The translations under genes were made by a program, and so were the position numbers. The notes beneath the pieces were generated by a model. It saw only the letters and a program-made list of their open reading frames with translations. It did not search any database and was not told the origin of the DNA. From Catajapyx aquilonaris (Eukaryota), in NCBI GenBank assembly GCA_000934665.2, contig KZ538693.1, forward strand, positions 1-53,782: a stretch of 53,782 nt of DNA, written 5' to 3'. Positions 12,307-24,761 of the stretch are shown one piece after another. Numbering within the stretch: position 1 is the stretch's first letter; every line of letters begins with the position of its first letter.

Positions 12307-13356
12307 CTAAAATGTTTCCAATAGCAGCAAGTAGAGACACTTGTCTCTCACTTCCTAAATTACTTTCTTGCTTTTCAGCAATGACAATGCTACTGACAAC
12401 AGGTTCTGGTTGTTGTAGAAGTAAGTCCAGTGTAAAAAGGCATGATGAAATTCTTTGTGGTAGAGTTCCTCCAACAACAGCATCATTTCCACCCATGGTC
12501 TCACTGACAACTCCTACATCTCCCACTGCACCCCACTGGACTGCCAATGCAGGAAAGCCATCTCTTTTGCGGTGCTCACAAACATGCTCCATGACAGAAT
12601 TGGCCATGCCATAGTTAGCCTGACCAGCATTGCCACGGCCACAACTTACACTGGAGAACACCACAAAGTGTTCCAGTTCAGGGCAGAGAGTTCGAGAGAG
12701 TTTGTCAAGAACCACAGTAGCTTTAGCCTTAGGGTGAGCTACCGCCTCAAAATCCTCTATGCTTTGGTTGTCCATCAGGCCATCACGCAGCACAAGAGCT
12801 GAATTAATGATGCCACCTACAGGTCCCAGTTTGTTGGCCTCCAGCAGAAGCTCAGTTGCCCCTTCCTCTGTCCCTGCATCAGCCTGGCTGAGAACCACCA
12901 GTACCCCTTTCTTCTGCATGCGTCTGATGCATAATGCCTGATATCCATTGCGGAGACCTCTTCTTCCAGTCAAGAAAAGTTGTCTTGCGCCTCGTTCAAC
13001 CATCCATCTAGCCACCTCCAGGCCAAATCCACCTAGGCCTCCTATGATCACGTATGTTTTGCTTTCAGCCAAGTGGGTCCGAGGCAGAGCCATGGGAAAT
13101 TCCCAATCTTTCCCAGATTTTTCAGGATGAATGCACACTACCACCTTGCCCATGTGCTTCCCTGAGGCCATAAAGCGAAAGGCATCTTCCAGTTGAGAAG
13201 CCTTGAACACAGTGTGATCAAGAGGCCTCACTACTCCAGTACTCAAGCCCTCTTCAACTAGGTGGACAAGTTCCTTCTTGTCCCTGGTACGGTCCTCAAA
13301 CAAGGAGTCCAACAACACACCATGGAATGTAATGTTTTTTAGAAATAACGCCATTC
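12307..13356 (-). CDS. FASN: FASN coding exon 18 (ER end, KR)
   Basis: AFRFMASGKHMGKVV...GGLGGFGLE...FSSVSCGRGNAGQANYG...QWGAVGDVG. Confidence 0.96.
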
Positions 13357-13427
13357 CTGAAAATAAAGGCATAAATTCATAAGTTAATGGTATTAAAAAG
13401 CATGTGTATAGCCAAGGTGTAACTCAC

Positions 13428-13806
13428 CTAGAGGAGTGTTATTAGCCAGGTCAAATTTTCCAATCTCGAGGAAGCGTCCATGCTGGGCCAGGCAACGCAG
13501 GGAAGCCTGAAGTTTATCCTCAGAGAGCGAGTTAAGTACCAAATCCACTCCTTGTCCCAAAGTTTGTCGAAGCACATGTTGTTCAAAGCTTGTGTCACGG
13601 GAATTGGCAAAACTCTCGGGTGTCAGCTGAGGAAAACGCAAGCGAAGGAAGGCCCGCTTGGCTTCACTTCCCACAGTGGTGAATACCCGGCAACCCATAG
13701 CAAGGGCAATAGTGATTGCAGCTTGCCCCACACCTCCACTTCCAGAGTGCACCAGGACTGACTCTCCAGACTTCATCTGACCACGCATCAATAGTGCATA
13801 GTATGC
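13428..13806 (-). CDS. FASN: FASN coding exon 17 (ER NADPH site)
   Basis: AYYAL...[15 protein letters not shown]...[10 protein letters not shown]. Confidence 0.95.
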
Positions 13807-14186
13807 CTGAGCAGGAGAAATAATTCAATGATCTAAATATCTCCAAAATAGTACTGGTACTCTAATTATAGCCTTGTTATAATGAAATTACACATGGGCT
13901 TAAGTCCCTGTAAGGTCAGCCGAAATTACTTTGGCAAAAAAATTCCCTGCTTAGTTTTCTAGTTCCCATCATTACTCTCAGTGTTGGAAATGTCAGTACA
14001 ACATTTTTTCACAGTAAGTCAATTATGTATCCATGCCTTGTGTGTATTTTTATTATTATTATTTTTTTTTATTTTTATTTTTTTTTTTTTTACCCCGTGA
14101 ATGACCTGTTAGGTCTTTAGGGGGTGGTGGATTACCACCATTGGTATTTTTGGAGCGAGTTAAGATGGAATCTTATTAGTGTACTC

Positions 14187-14412
14187 CAGGGTTGGTAGGA
14201 GGGGATGTGCAAAGTGCATGTGCGCTGTCGTTAATTGGTCATTTTGTGAACTCCCCCGGGTGGCTTAGTCTATCGGAAATTGCCACCCGAAACGAAGCCA
14301 GAGATGGCCCAACTCTGCACGAAAGAAGGTGGGAACCCCGGGTGGGGATCGAACCCGGGACCTTAACTTCCGTGGGCGCACGCGTTACCGCGGCGCCACT
14401 CCGTCTCCCTCC
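14187..14412 (-). mobile_element. tRNA-derived SINE, family A (in FASN intron)
   Basis: Reverse-complement similarity to 361-590, with A/B boxes. Confidence 0.8.
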
Positions 14413-14599
14413 TTGTGTGTATTGGAGAACCATCCTTTCCAAAAATTATAATTTCGACCTGTACAACATGAATGAGAAAGTCAAGTATTAAATATAACTC
14501 ATTCTTTATAAACTTCACTTCAAACAATATTATTGGAGATGTTCCCTCCATACCACTGACATCAGACTAGCCCCCTAGTTACCCTGAAATCTTACTCAC

Positions 14600-15963
14600 A
14601 GTAGCATACACAACTGGCACAGTAGCAGCTTCTTCCAGGGTCCAATCCAAAGGAACGTCCCAAGTCAAGTCAGGATCGGGCTGTACAACAGTGGCCAGAC
14701 CCCGTGATTCCACCAGTCCCATAATTCTCTTACCCTTGCAGTCACATCCTGAAAATTCCAGTCCCAACATGCAATCTTGCAGAGCAGCTTTGCCTGGGAG
14801 AGCATCAGGAGGGAGCTTTCCAGTGGCCAGCATCACATCACGGAAATTGAGAGGAGCATAGTACACATGGCAAAATCCTACATCCTGCCTTAATGGTCCC
14901 TGTATCCAACTTAGAGAAGAGAGGTCACCACGAGTGAGCACATTGGCATAGGCATGGGTAACATTTCGCAATACAGGTGGTCCCAAGGCCATGTGCCGGA
15001 AGCTACCCCATTGGCCCTGGTGAACAATGTTCATGACTAGGCCTAAATGAAGTTGTGCTGCGAACACTGAGTGCAACACGTCAAAAGAAGGAACACTTTC
15101 ATCAGGTAACAGAAAGCAGTGCAGGTGCTCCCCACCAGGTTCTCGGCGCAAACAGGTGGCAAGTCCAATCAGGCCACTGAAAGGGTCACCCTGAGACACC
15201 AGAACTACTTGGCGTCCATTCTCTTGAGCTTCCTTTAAAGAGATTTTGACTTTTTCCACCCAGTGGTAATTATGCCCTTCCACATGCACAACCATGGGTG
15301 CCAGCTTTGGTTCCTCAGCTAGGCGTCGAAGCAAAAGCAGGTGCATGGGTTGCCCCTTAGCACGAAAGACCCTCTTGGCTACTAAGGCCAAACCTGCAGC
15401 CTTCAGTTTCTTTTTTGCTAGTAGTGTCTCTTTGCAGAGAAGCACAAATCCTCCTGGGCGCACTGAGGCAGCAAGGTTGGCTAGAAGACCCTTCTCTGCA
15501 GAATGATGAGCAATAGCAAGGTCATATGAGGCATCCAGCGCATTGGCATTCATGTCAATCCCTGTTAGTTTAAACCCTAATGCATGCAGCTCCTCTTGAG
15601 GAAGTTCTTTCACCCTTAAACCAGCTATCAATCCTTCAATGCACATCATTGGCTCGACTTGCATTCCTTGGACCACAAAGGGAGATATAAGCTCTTTTCC
15701 TGTGAAAGCCTCCACTAGCTTCAGTTTTCTTAAGATACAGTTCTCAGCCACTATGTCTGCTAACAGTTTGACAAGAGCAGTCATGTTGTCCTTGTTACCA
15801 TTTGGTACATTTTTTCCAATGTAAGGTTCCCAAGAATACTTCTCTAAACTTGGTGCTTGCTGAGCATTTTGACGCCGTGGTGCTGGGCTGGCTTTCAATC
15901 CACGAATCTCCACACCTCCAGCTTGCACAATGTGGGTGTAGAAATGGTGAGAGACAGGAATTC
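14600..15963 (-). CDS. FASN: FASN coding exon 16 (pseudo-methyltransferase region to ER start)
   Basis: AGGVEIRGLKA...CLRREPGG...WGSFRH...YAPLNFRDVMLATGKL...LEEAATVPVVYAT. Confidence 0.95.
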
Positions 15964-16798
15964 CTAGAATGACCATGAATTGATTATCATCATCATACCG
16001 GTATCTCTTAGTATGCACAATTTTACATAATTTGAAACTTGCTATCAGACCTAAAGGGCCCTCCCATACACCAGCACCAATTTCAATCCATTCTGATACC
16101 AGTACTTAAATAATTAAGTAGAAGAAATGCATCCTAAAACTTTCCATTAAGGTTCAAGTAAACTCAGGTAACACGTGTAAGAAGTTGCATGGTTCAATCT
16201 TCAATAACAACAACAACAACAACAACACCATCACGACATTTCCCTATAAGGGGTAGTCAGCGATGACGGGAACCACAAGCTAACCAAAACTATGAACTAA
16301 ATTTAAAATGGTAAAAGTCAGCCTATAAACCACCCATATAACCCCCCCCCCCTCCCATCTCAGACAACAAACTCTCAATATTAAATATTAAATATGAATA
16401 TTACACGACTATACAACGCGGTACTTGATAAATCCCCCCCCCCCCGGAAGAGGAATCAACAACTGTTAAATTCCTCCAAGTGACCATAATATTCTCCTCC
16501 AAACGACCAGAACACCCACAGGCCAGCGAGAATAACCAGCATACAGCAATCCATACCCGAACTCCAAGCGCTGTACAGGACAAGAGAGAGAGACAAACAC
16601 CCTTGCAAGCATGACTACCGGTGTCAACCTATGCATTACTGTGCAAGAGATATTTGCCAAACTTGTAGTACTGCACAGCACTCACGAGCCCGAGCATGAA
16701 CCTCCAGAAGCCGACTCCTCCCACCAACCTGCAAACATTCTATAGCCATTCGGAAAAATTCAACACACACTGCCATTCCTCACAAACCCGTAAATATT

Positions 16799-17090
16799 CT
16801 ACCCATTAATTAACCTACGCCATTTACACCTATCCAAACAAACAACCCTAGCCTCAGCCACGTCCATGGTCCTATTGACACATGAACGTCTCAGCTTATC
16901 ACTAGCAAAACCCTTAAGACACTGACCCACCTGGTCCAACCATGTCTTCCTAGGTCTACCCTTGCCCCTCTTACCAACTACTCCACCCAAATAAACATGA
17001 CCAACTACTCCAACTCTCCACCAACTACTACCCACTACTACTACTCTTACCACTACTACTACTCTTACCAACTACTCCACCCAAATAAAC
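16799..17090 (-). mobile_element. 3' end of an RTE-type LINE (5'-truncated)
   Basis: GKRGKGRPRKTWLDQV...A...DRCKWRRL, typical of RTE-clade ORF C-termini; a ~30-bp direct duplication at the truncation end. Confidence 0.7.
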
Positions 17091-17271
17091 AATGACATGT
17101 TATAAATTCACTATCATGCAAATGGCCCTTAATATGGTTTATTTGTTAGTGTACTGAGTTGCCAGATCAAGTAGTTCACCATGAAAGCTACTGGTAAATA
17201 AATAGAAAAATAGTTCCTCTGTCATTTTCACTTCACAAACATTTATCAACACAACTTCTTGATGAACTTAC

Positions 17272-17445
17272 CATCATCACCAAATCGCTTTGCAGACAAC
17301 TTTTGTTTCTTGGGGTTCAAAACCATCCGCTCTATTCTGGTGGGTAATTGCAGATCTTGTGTATCCTTACTTAGGAGGCTAAATTGAAGCATAGTGTCCA
17401 GAAATGACACCCAGTTAGAATTCCATTGCAATCTTCCATTCTTTC
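17272..17445 (-). CDS. FASN: FASN coding exon 15 (DH catalytic Asp)
   Basis: GRLQWNSNWVSFLDTMLQ...LPTRI. Confidence 0.92.
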
Positions 17446-17512
17446 CTGCATAAGATCATTCAAAATATAATTCATTAAAACTTTCTCATAACTGTGAATG
17501 AAATGCCCTTAC

Positions 17513-17767
17513 CTTGACCATCTGATTCCATTATGCCTTGAAACACACCCCCATACTCATACCCACGAAGTCTCAGCTCTTTGTACACATTATCTTTCTG
17601 CATTTTGAAATCATCCCCATCAGCATCTATCTCATTATATGTGCTTTCAATTTCTTTGGCGTCACTTTCTAAAATACTAATGCGACCTTTTACTGCCACT
17701 GAACCCCCTTTTAGGATTTGAAAATCACCAGTTCCTTCCAATATTCTGATGCAAAATTTGACTGGAT
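17513..17767 (-). CDS. FASN: FASN coding exon 14 (DH)
   Basis: GTGDFQI...VYKELRLRGYEYGGVFQGI. Confidence 0.92.
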
Positions 17768-17835
17768 CTGTGGAAGAATGAAAAATAAGGCCATCTCAAT
17801 CATTATTTTTTCTATTTATCTACAAAATCACTTAC

Positions 17836-17944
17836 TGTCATGGTTAATGATTGTAGCTCTCTCCAACACAACATCTTCAAAAATTACAGATAATTCTTCA
17901 CAAGTTGTGCCATGCAATTTAGCGAGTTTCTTCCAGACAAGAAC
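17836..17944 (-). CDS. FASN: FASN coding exon 13 (DH)
   Basis: VLVWKKLAKLHG...VIFEDVVLERATII; read manually, phases match both neighbours. Confidence 0.88.
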
Positions 17945-18030
17945 CTGAAGGAAATGTGAACATGTATATGTCAAATTAAATTAAAAAATTAAGCTATCAA
18001 TAGAAAAAATGTGACAATATCGCAGTTTAC

Positions 18031-18147
18031 CAAGTAGCCTGTTGCTGGAAATATTATGCGACCATCAATTTTATGTCCCTCTATATATTTGTCTTCTTCT
18101 TCTTGGAGGTTCACTTGAACAACACATTCTCCAGCATTGGTACCAGA
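18031..18147 (-). CDS. FASN: FASN coding exon 12 (DH catalytic His)
   Basis: YIEGHKIDGRIIFPATGYL. Confidence 0.92.
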
Positions 18148-18235
18148 CTGAAAATTGTGATAATCCTCATTAAACATCTAGAAACCAAGTGTCACCAAAA
18201 GCATGGTGTACGAGTGTATGGTCCTCAGAACTCAC

Positions 18236-18380
18236 AGTCTTGCTAAAATCAGCCACATCCCAGCTGGTCAAATGATCCCAATGAATAAGAGGAGAAATCA
18301 TTGGGGTACCCTGAGAAACTGGGAAGGTGATGGGTTTGTACAGATGTGCCACTTGAGGATTTAGACCACAGAGGTACAGC
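18236..18380 (-). CDS. FASN: FASN coding exon 11 (post-MAT linker)
   Basis: LYLCGLNPQVAHLY...FPVSQGTPMISPLIHWDH. Confidence 0.92.
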
Positions 18381-19002
18381 CTAAAATCACACAAAAACTA
18401 TTATTAAAACAACTGCATTAAATAATATTCTGGTCTTTCCTATCCATTAGATCAAGAAAATGTCTTTCTCACAGTGAGTTGTTTCAACATATTGGTTCAT
18501 AATACAGTGAAACCTAGCCACCTACAGTGAAGTTGCTATGTTGCAAAACAAATTCTTGTACTGATTCATAAGTCAGTTCACATCTGTATCACTTGAGAAT
18601 GAGCCTGTGTCAAGTTGGTGCTCCCAATCCCAAATGTAAGCTAAATTATGAACCACATGGTATCTACCATAGAGAGTACATTCAAAATCCTCCACCAGGA
18701 TCAAACAGAAGTTATCTAATGGGTACATTTCTGCAGCATCCATGGTTTGTTACAGTCAGGTTTCCCTGTAATATTTTTAAAATCTGTAATGTTGACAAAA
18801 TATTATGTAAATGAACTTAACATCTGGCACTTTCCCTTGGTGCTTTAAAAATGTTAATGCACTCTGATTTTGAAAGCCTACATTATTTGTCTTGTATTAA
18901 AATATACTATGACATTTTTGTGGCAAATCTTCAGCCTTCTTTGTTGTTCCTCCATAGCATAACCTGATCTAATGATTAGCGAACACACAAAACACAACTC
19001 AC

Positions 19003-19304
19003 TGGCCCACTGAATTCAGAAAGAAGTCCACATTGTTAGCATTGTTTCTCTTCATGAGTCCAATGTGAGTGCAGGACTTGAGAGCACGCTTAAGAATTGG
19101 TTGCAGAAGGCAGTGAGGAGCAATTTCCACTACAATGGCTCCTTCTGGCACATGATGAAGAGCTTCTTCAAAAAGTACTGGTGAGAGAAGGTTGTTCACG
19201 TGGTAAGCAGCAGATGACAGTTTTGCCAATTGCAAATTCCAGGAACTCTCTGGGATGGATGTGCTCACCCAGCGATGTGAACGAGGCTTGGGGTTTGGAA
19301 TAAC
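19003..19304 (-). CDS. FASN: FASN coding exon 10 (MAT C-terminus)
   Basis: [15 protein letters not shown]...[16 protein letters not shown]...EIAPHCLLQ. Confidence 0.93.
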
Positions 19305-19363
19305 CTAAAATCAGGCACATTTCTAAAATCCTGCTAAAGTCATTGCTCAATCTAAATACCAAC

Positions 19364-19593
19364 TTGATCTAGTGATTTCCGCAGCTTTGGACCAGCATCA
19401 CTAATGTAAGCACTATGAAATGCTATTCCAGAACTCTTCACTTCCCTTGCAAAAATTCCTCTTGCTTCTAACATTTCCACAAATTGGCTCACAGGTTTAG
19501 GTATTCCTGAGATTGTTGTATTGTCAATTGAATTATGACATGCTATTGCCACTTCTGCTGGAATCTGATCTTGAACTTCCTTCCAATTCATTC
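19364..19593 (-). CDS. FASN: FASN coding exon 9 (MAT)
   Basis: ACHNSIDNTTISG...GIFAREVKSSGIAFHS. Confidence 0.92.
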
Positions 19594-19734
19594 CTGTCAA
19601 TGAATCATGTTACATCCCCTAGTTAGTCATTCAATTAAAGTCTAGATTTCATTTAAAAGAAGTCATTATGCATTAACAGTTGCCAGCATTTGTTTCTACA
19701 AACGCTAATCAAAATCAAATGGCATAATTTATAC

Positions 19735-19924
19735 CAATAGAAGCCATTTTTCCTGCAGGCAGCATTGATTCTTGAATGGCACGCCCACGCCAATAAGCAG
19801 TGAGAATGGCTTGCTCATGAGTGAAGCAGCCATCAGCATATGCACAAGCAACTTCACCAACAGAATGTCCAACAATTCCATCCGGATGTATATCCATTGC
19901 ACTTAGCATGTCCAAAAGAGCAAC
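19735..19924 (-). CDS. FASN: FASN coding exon 8 (MAT active-site Ser)
   Basis: PDGIVGHSVGEVACAYADG...AYWRG. Confidence 0.94.
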
Positions 19925-20339
19925 CTACAAAATAAAACAAGTCATGAGCACAAAATGGCAGTCTGCATTGACTACATGGAATACCTGGCTGGAATGTTTA
20001 AGTTTTAACATAGTTTGCAGAAGAAACCATACTTTTAGAGTGACTTTGTAGGACAATAAGAGAGAGATTTCAAAATTTATAAAATGCAGCCAAGTGAAAT
20101 GATGGATACCTCCGGATACCTCCTTCCAAGTTCCTCTCGAGGTGGTGCATAACTTTCCCTCTTTATAATAATAAGCCACACTAAATTGTTCTCGGTTCTG
20201 CATTTTAAAGTGCATTTTTCCTTTATTGTTTCTTTAAAGCAATATGGTTTAATATAAACTCCTTAATGTGATTGGTCCTTCCTGCTAACGAGTAGAATGG
20301 GAACCTTGAATAAAGTGCACAATTGCATAATTGACTCAC

Positions 20340-20693
20340 CTGCATAGCAGCTATTCCAACAAAAGAATTTAATGGAGCATCATAGACGTCTTCCTTGTTA
20401 TTCACGATTAGTTGATGCAAATCATAGCCATATGGCTGTAATATATCTGCACTCTTCCTTATAGACTGTTCGAAAACTTCAAATTGCAGGAGTTCTTTGG
20501 CCATGCCATTCCATTGAGCCCCCATGCCTGAGCAGACAAACCACACAGGCCTCCTTGGTGGGACCCTTTGAAGTCCCAGTAATTTCTTTGAACTAAGCAG
20601 TGCATACCCCCGAAACAGGTGGCCCTGTACCTCCACACTATTCACTTGTTGCAACAGAGCAACATATTCCAGGTCCTTGGGATGATTCATTAT
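20340..20693 (-). CDS. FASN: FASN coding exon 7 (linker / MAT start)
   Basis: FRGYALL...RPVWFVCSGMGAQW...NSFVGIAAMQ; donor CAG|GTGAG. Confidence 0.93.
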
Positions 20694-20823
20694 CTGAAAT
20701 TTAATTATTACTATGATTAACAAGTGACTGTTATTTTTTTACATACTGCATTAATTACATTTACATTTTGCTCGTCCATAATCAGAGATCTAGAGTATTA
20801 TGTCAGGGAGCATATACTACATA

Positions 20824-21096
20824 TAATAAATAATATAATAATGAATACCCCGTGATTGGCCCCTTGGGCCTCTTAGGGGATCATCTTTTGAATAGCCGAC
20901 TTTAATCATTTGCCTGTAATGTGATGGATTTTGATAGTGGGAGGAAACGGGAGAACCCCGAGAAAACCCACGCGAACACGGAGAGAACCCATCGAAACTC
21001 TATCCACATAAGTATCCTCCGTCCGACCCGGGGATCGAACTCGGGACCTTAGAGGTGGAAGGCAGCGGCGCTAACCACTCGGCCACCGGGTCGCCC
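20824..21096 (-). mobile_element. tRNA-derived SINE, family B (V-domain-like), full length
   Basis: A-box TGGCCGAGTGG, B-box GTTCGATCCC, TTA-type tail; duplicated flank CATATACTACATATAAT (20811-20827 and 21099-21115). Confidence 0.88.
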
Positions 21097-21718
21097 TACA
21101 TATACTACATATAATTATGCTCCCTGATTATGTGCTCAATGCATTAGCGACCACACCATACTTTCAGGTTGTTTTATAATAAGGCCATGGTAAAATATCC
21201 TATTAGAGTGCAGATGTATTTTTCAATTTAACCCTTTGACGACTACGGACATCATATGATGTCAGAGCACACATTCCTGCAGGGCCTATGGACATCATAA
21301 TTATGATGTCTTGAGATTCGCCCTGACAACTTGGGACATTTTTCAACTCGTAAAATTCCAACCTCGCCGATTTTCTTGAAATTCGGTGCATTGGTAGCCC
21401 ACCCCAAGGGATGAAAACGCACCTATAGCTACCTACTCAAAATGACCCTGTGACCCATATTGAAGGGGGCATATGTCAATGCACCGAATTTCAAGAAAAT
21501 CGGTGAGATCGGAATTTTACGATTTGACCTCTGCCCCCCTCAAAAATGGGTCATAGGGTCATTTTGAACAGGTAACTACAGGTAATCCAGGTAATCCGGG
21601 CAGTCCGCGGATTATTATTCATTAATATCACTCTTCATCAAATTTCCGGAAAAGGGGAAAAAGAACTCAGGCCCTGGGGTAAGGCAATGGCTCAAAAACT
21701 CCGTTGTCAAAAGGTTAA

Positions 21719-22196
21719 CCCTTAACTACGTAGGTGGAGCCTGAGAGGCTCCAAGCACTATTTAAACGCATGTAACTTTTTCATTGAATTTTATTTTCCC
21801 CTGTCCTTCCGTGACTTTGTCAGAAAAATCTTCCTAAGCATGAAAAGGAAAGAAAAATTTTTTAAGTTCCTATTGTTTGGTTTTAAAAAATTCGTAACGA
21901 GGAACAGGTCCCTCCTGGAACCGTTCAGGCTCTATATCTTGTAGGTGAAGCCTGAGCGGCTCAAGCATGATGTAACCTTTTAATTAAGAATTTTTCCCTG
22001 TCGGAATATGCTGACTCAGCGTGTGATTTTTACGTTTTCGGAAGCCTAATGATCTGAACTGCACTTTCTGTATGTGAAAAGTCCAATATAACAATTTAGT
22101 TGATAAGCAGAAATTTAAATATACCGTTGGAGCCTCTCAGGCTCCACCTAGCTGAGACGTAGTTAAAGGTGTTTCGCCCACCTACGTAGTTAAGGG
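21719..22196. mobile_element. piggyBac-type MITE
   Basis: TTAA|CCCTTAACTACGTAGGTGG...CCACCTACGTAGTTAAGGG|TTAA; internal GAGCCTGAGAGGCTC subrepeats. Confidence 0.88.
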
Positions 22197-22386
22197 TTAA
22201 GTGCAGCCCTATTATGTGCTCCTGTATAATTACACTAGACTCTAGACATAACACTGAGGAAATCAGTCTGCTATAACTGAGATCTGTTCTAGCCAAGGCT
22301 GTTATATCTGGAGTCTACTGTATTGCTGGAAAATGTCAAGTCAAAAAAATCACACCACGTCTCTAACATTCTCTACTTTTACCTAC

Positions 22387-22581
22387 TTCCTCAAGTGCTT
22401 CTCTCACAGCATCCTCTGTTCTGCCTGAAAATGGTACCAATATGGCTGGTCCTTCCAAATATGACAGTGATGGTTTTGGGGCAATATGTGATTTCAGAAG
22501 GACATGAACATTGCTGCCACCAAAACCAAAAGAATTTATTCCCACCAGACCACCAATCCACTGTTGCTTCTTTGTTACTAC
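22387..22581 (-). CDS. FASN: FASN coding exon 6 (KS C-terminus)
   Basis: VVTKKQQWIGGLVGINSFGFGGSNVH...SGRTEDAV. Confidence 0.9.
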
Positions 22582-22658
22582 CTGAAATGCATAATTACTG
22601 TATGTAGAGAAATGACAAAGACCAAAGTGAACTGTAAACCAATAAGTCGGATTCTTAC

Positions 22659-23128
22659 CCTCAATCTGCCATCATGTAAGCCATAAATGTTAGGATTTGC
22701 TATTGTGTAGTGCAGATTGGGTGGGAGCTCTCCCAATTCCATTGCCAGCAAAACTTTGACTATACTACATAGACCAGATGCAGGCTCAGAATGGCCCATG
22801 TTAGATTTTAGTGATCCAATCATCAAGGAATCCTTTCTGTCCTTGCAGAAGACATCAGCAATAGCATTCAGTTCTTCAGGATCCCCTACTTTGGTGCCAG
22901 TACCATGAGCTTCTACATAAACCACTTGATTAGGATTCACTCCAGCTTCAAAATACACCTCCCTCAGCAGCTTCTTCTGCATGGAACCAGATGGGTAAGT
23001 AACTCCTTCATTTTTATATCCATCAGCATTGCTTTTAATATGAATTACTGAGGCATACACTCGACGAGCTGCATTGGAATGTTGAAGAAATAAAACTGTC
23101 ACACTTTCACTGCGAACATAACCATCCC
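22659..23128 (-). CDS. FASN: FASN coding exon 5 (KS His motifs)
   Basis: GDGYVRSE...EAHGTGTKVGDPEE...GSLKSNMGHSEPASG. Confidence 0.95.
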
Positions 23129-23211
23129 CTGCAAAAGCAAACAAAAGCTTAAATTTGTTTTCTTACAAATAAAATATTATATTACATGATTTTCAAAGTG
23201 AAAAGGAGTAC

Positions 23212-23412
23212 CTTCTTCACTAAAAGATTTGCATTTTCCATCTTGTGAGAGCATGTTCAAACGATGAAACTGCAAGGAAGATGCAGGATTCAGTACCATA
23301 TTAGCACCAGCAACAATGGCAGCATCACAGCGTCCTTCACGAATAGCTGCCACAGCCTGCTCCATCGCCATCATTCCTGATGAACAAGCAGTATCTATTG
23401 CAAGGCTAGGAC
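23212..23412 (-). CDS. FASN: FASN coding exon 4 (KS active-site Cys)
   Basis: GPSLAIDTACSSGMMAMEQA...CDAAIVAGAN. Confidence 0.94.
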
Positions 23413-23498
23413 CTGGAATAAAAAATTTTTATGATAATATAATGAAAGGGAAAGTTAGAATATATGGTAGAGGTCCCATTAGAGAGCCTTGAAGAAGC

Positions 23499-23678
23499 TG
23501 CCATCTTGAATTGCTGTGGAAACAGCGTGGAAACAGTATTCTACTTCCATGAAAAAGATCGCTGGCTCTGACGTCACGATTGTAATTCAGGTCTTCTGGC
23601 TGCATTCAAATTGTGCGGGTGCATTCGAATATCGTCCTTTCGGCCACAGTTTCCATAGCAATTCAAGGTGGCGTCCTC
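23499..23678. repeat. Imperfect inverted repeat (MITE remnant)
   Basis: GCCATCTTGAATTGCTGTGGAAAC ... GTTTCCATAGCAATTCAAGGTGGC. Confidence 0.6.
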
Positions 23679-24481
23679 CATAGGACACGTAATAAACACC
23701 CCAAAATTAAGCAAGGTCCACACCTGGTCCACACGTAGCCAGTAATTAGCCTGAGCATCTGAAGAGTAGCCTATTGCGCAAGCTCACTCGCTTCCCGAAT
23801 CGGTTTCCCGCCTATTTTCAGGCCCTATTTTTCCTATTTTCCCGCCTATTTTCAGGAAGGTGAGTAGGCTACTGCGCAAGCGTAATCCCCTACTTGCCCG
23901 AGTAATTCGCAACGTGGCAGCCCGCTTGACTCCAGCCAATCAGAGAAGACCTTACATCCTCTCCGATTCATTTGGATATCCATACGCCCGAGGGGTCGAG
24001 CCGCCCGAAAAATTAGTCCCCGGTGTCTCTGGCTTTCTCGAAGATAGTGCTGGTACGTGTAATTCGAATGCCTAATTATCATTGGCAGCCCATGCGGTAG
24101 CTTCAGAGCTACACAAACTGCACATTTTGTTGTGAGGAGCGGTCGTAGTTGCCCGGCATGGTGGGCACTACTTTCGGGCGTATGAACACATATCCAAGAA
24201 GGCCGTTGGCGACTCTCTTCTCTCTCCCTCTCTAGGACCAACCACCAGAAGGCAAGCAATCAGGTTTGGAAGAGTCAACGTTCTGACCCTTGCCCCGACT
24301 GTTCTTCAGAGAAGCACCATTCGAACATTCTCTCGCTCCTCTGCCTCACGTTGGGCTCATAGATAAACAGTGATCGGTTCAAGTAAGCTCAGCCTTTTGT
24401 TGTTCATGAAGCTTATAGTGAATTTCTAATCGCAACAGATTATTTTGTCATAATAGGAAGTGAGGTGTTGAGCTTAATAAA

Positions 24482-24761
24482 ATGGCGTCGGCGGCGGCAG
24501 AGATTCAGGAGACCAAGACGGATTCGGTCCACGTCGGACCAAGCACCAGCGAGACCCAGACGGATTCGGTCCACGTAGGACCAAGCACCAGCGAGACCAA
24601 GACGGATTCGGTCCACGTCGGACCAAGCACCAGCGAGACCCAGACGGATTCGGTCCACGTCGGACCAAGCACCAGCCAGACCAGGAAGATCAAGGGGATC
24701 CTTCTGAACGAGGATCTACTCGCAGATTGCCTAAAAGCCATCCATTTGTCAAATGCAAAAG
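24482..24761 (+). CDS. PEX19-like gene exon 1 (nested antisense in FASN intron)
   Basis: AAAATGG start context; 4x14-aa repeat, then EDLLADCL (weakly like the PEX3-binding helix); strong donor AAG|GTAAG, phase 1. Confidence 0.65.
24509..24676 (+). repeat. Coding tandem repeat, 4 x 42 bp (ET[K/Q]TDSVHVGPSTS)
   Basis: Four near-identical units visible directly, with alternating K/Q variants. Confidence 0.95.

Noticed and set aside
24509..24676. CRISPR-like array
   Set aside because: Units are contiguous with no unique spacers, in frame within an exon, and in eukaryotic DNA with no cas genes.
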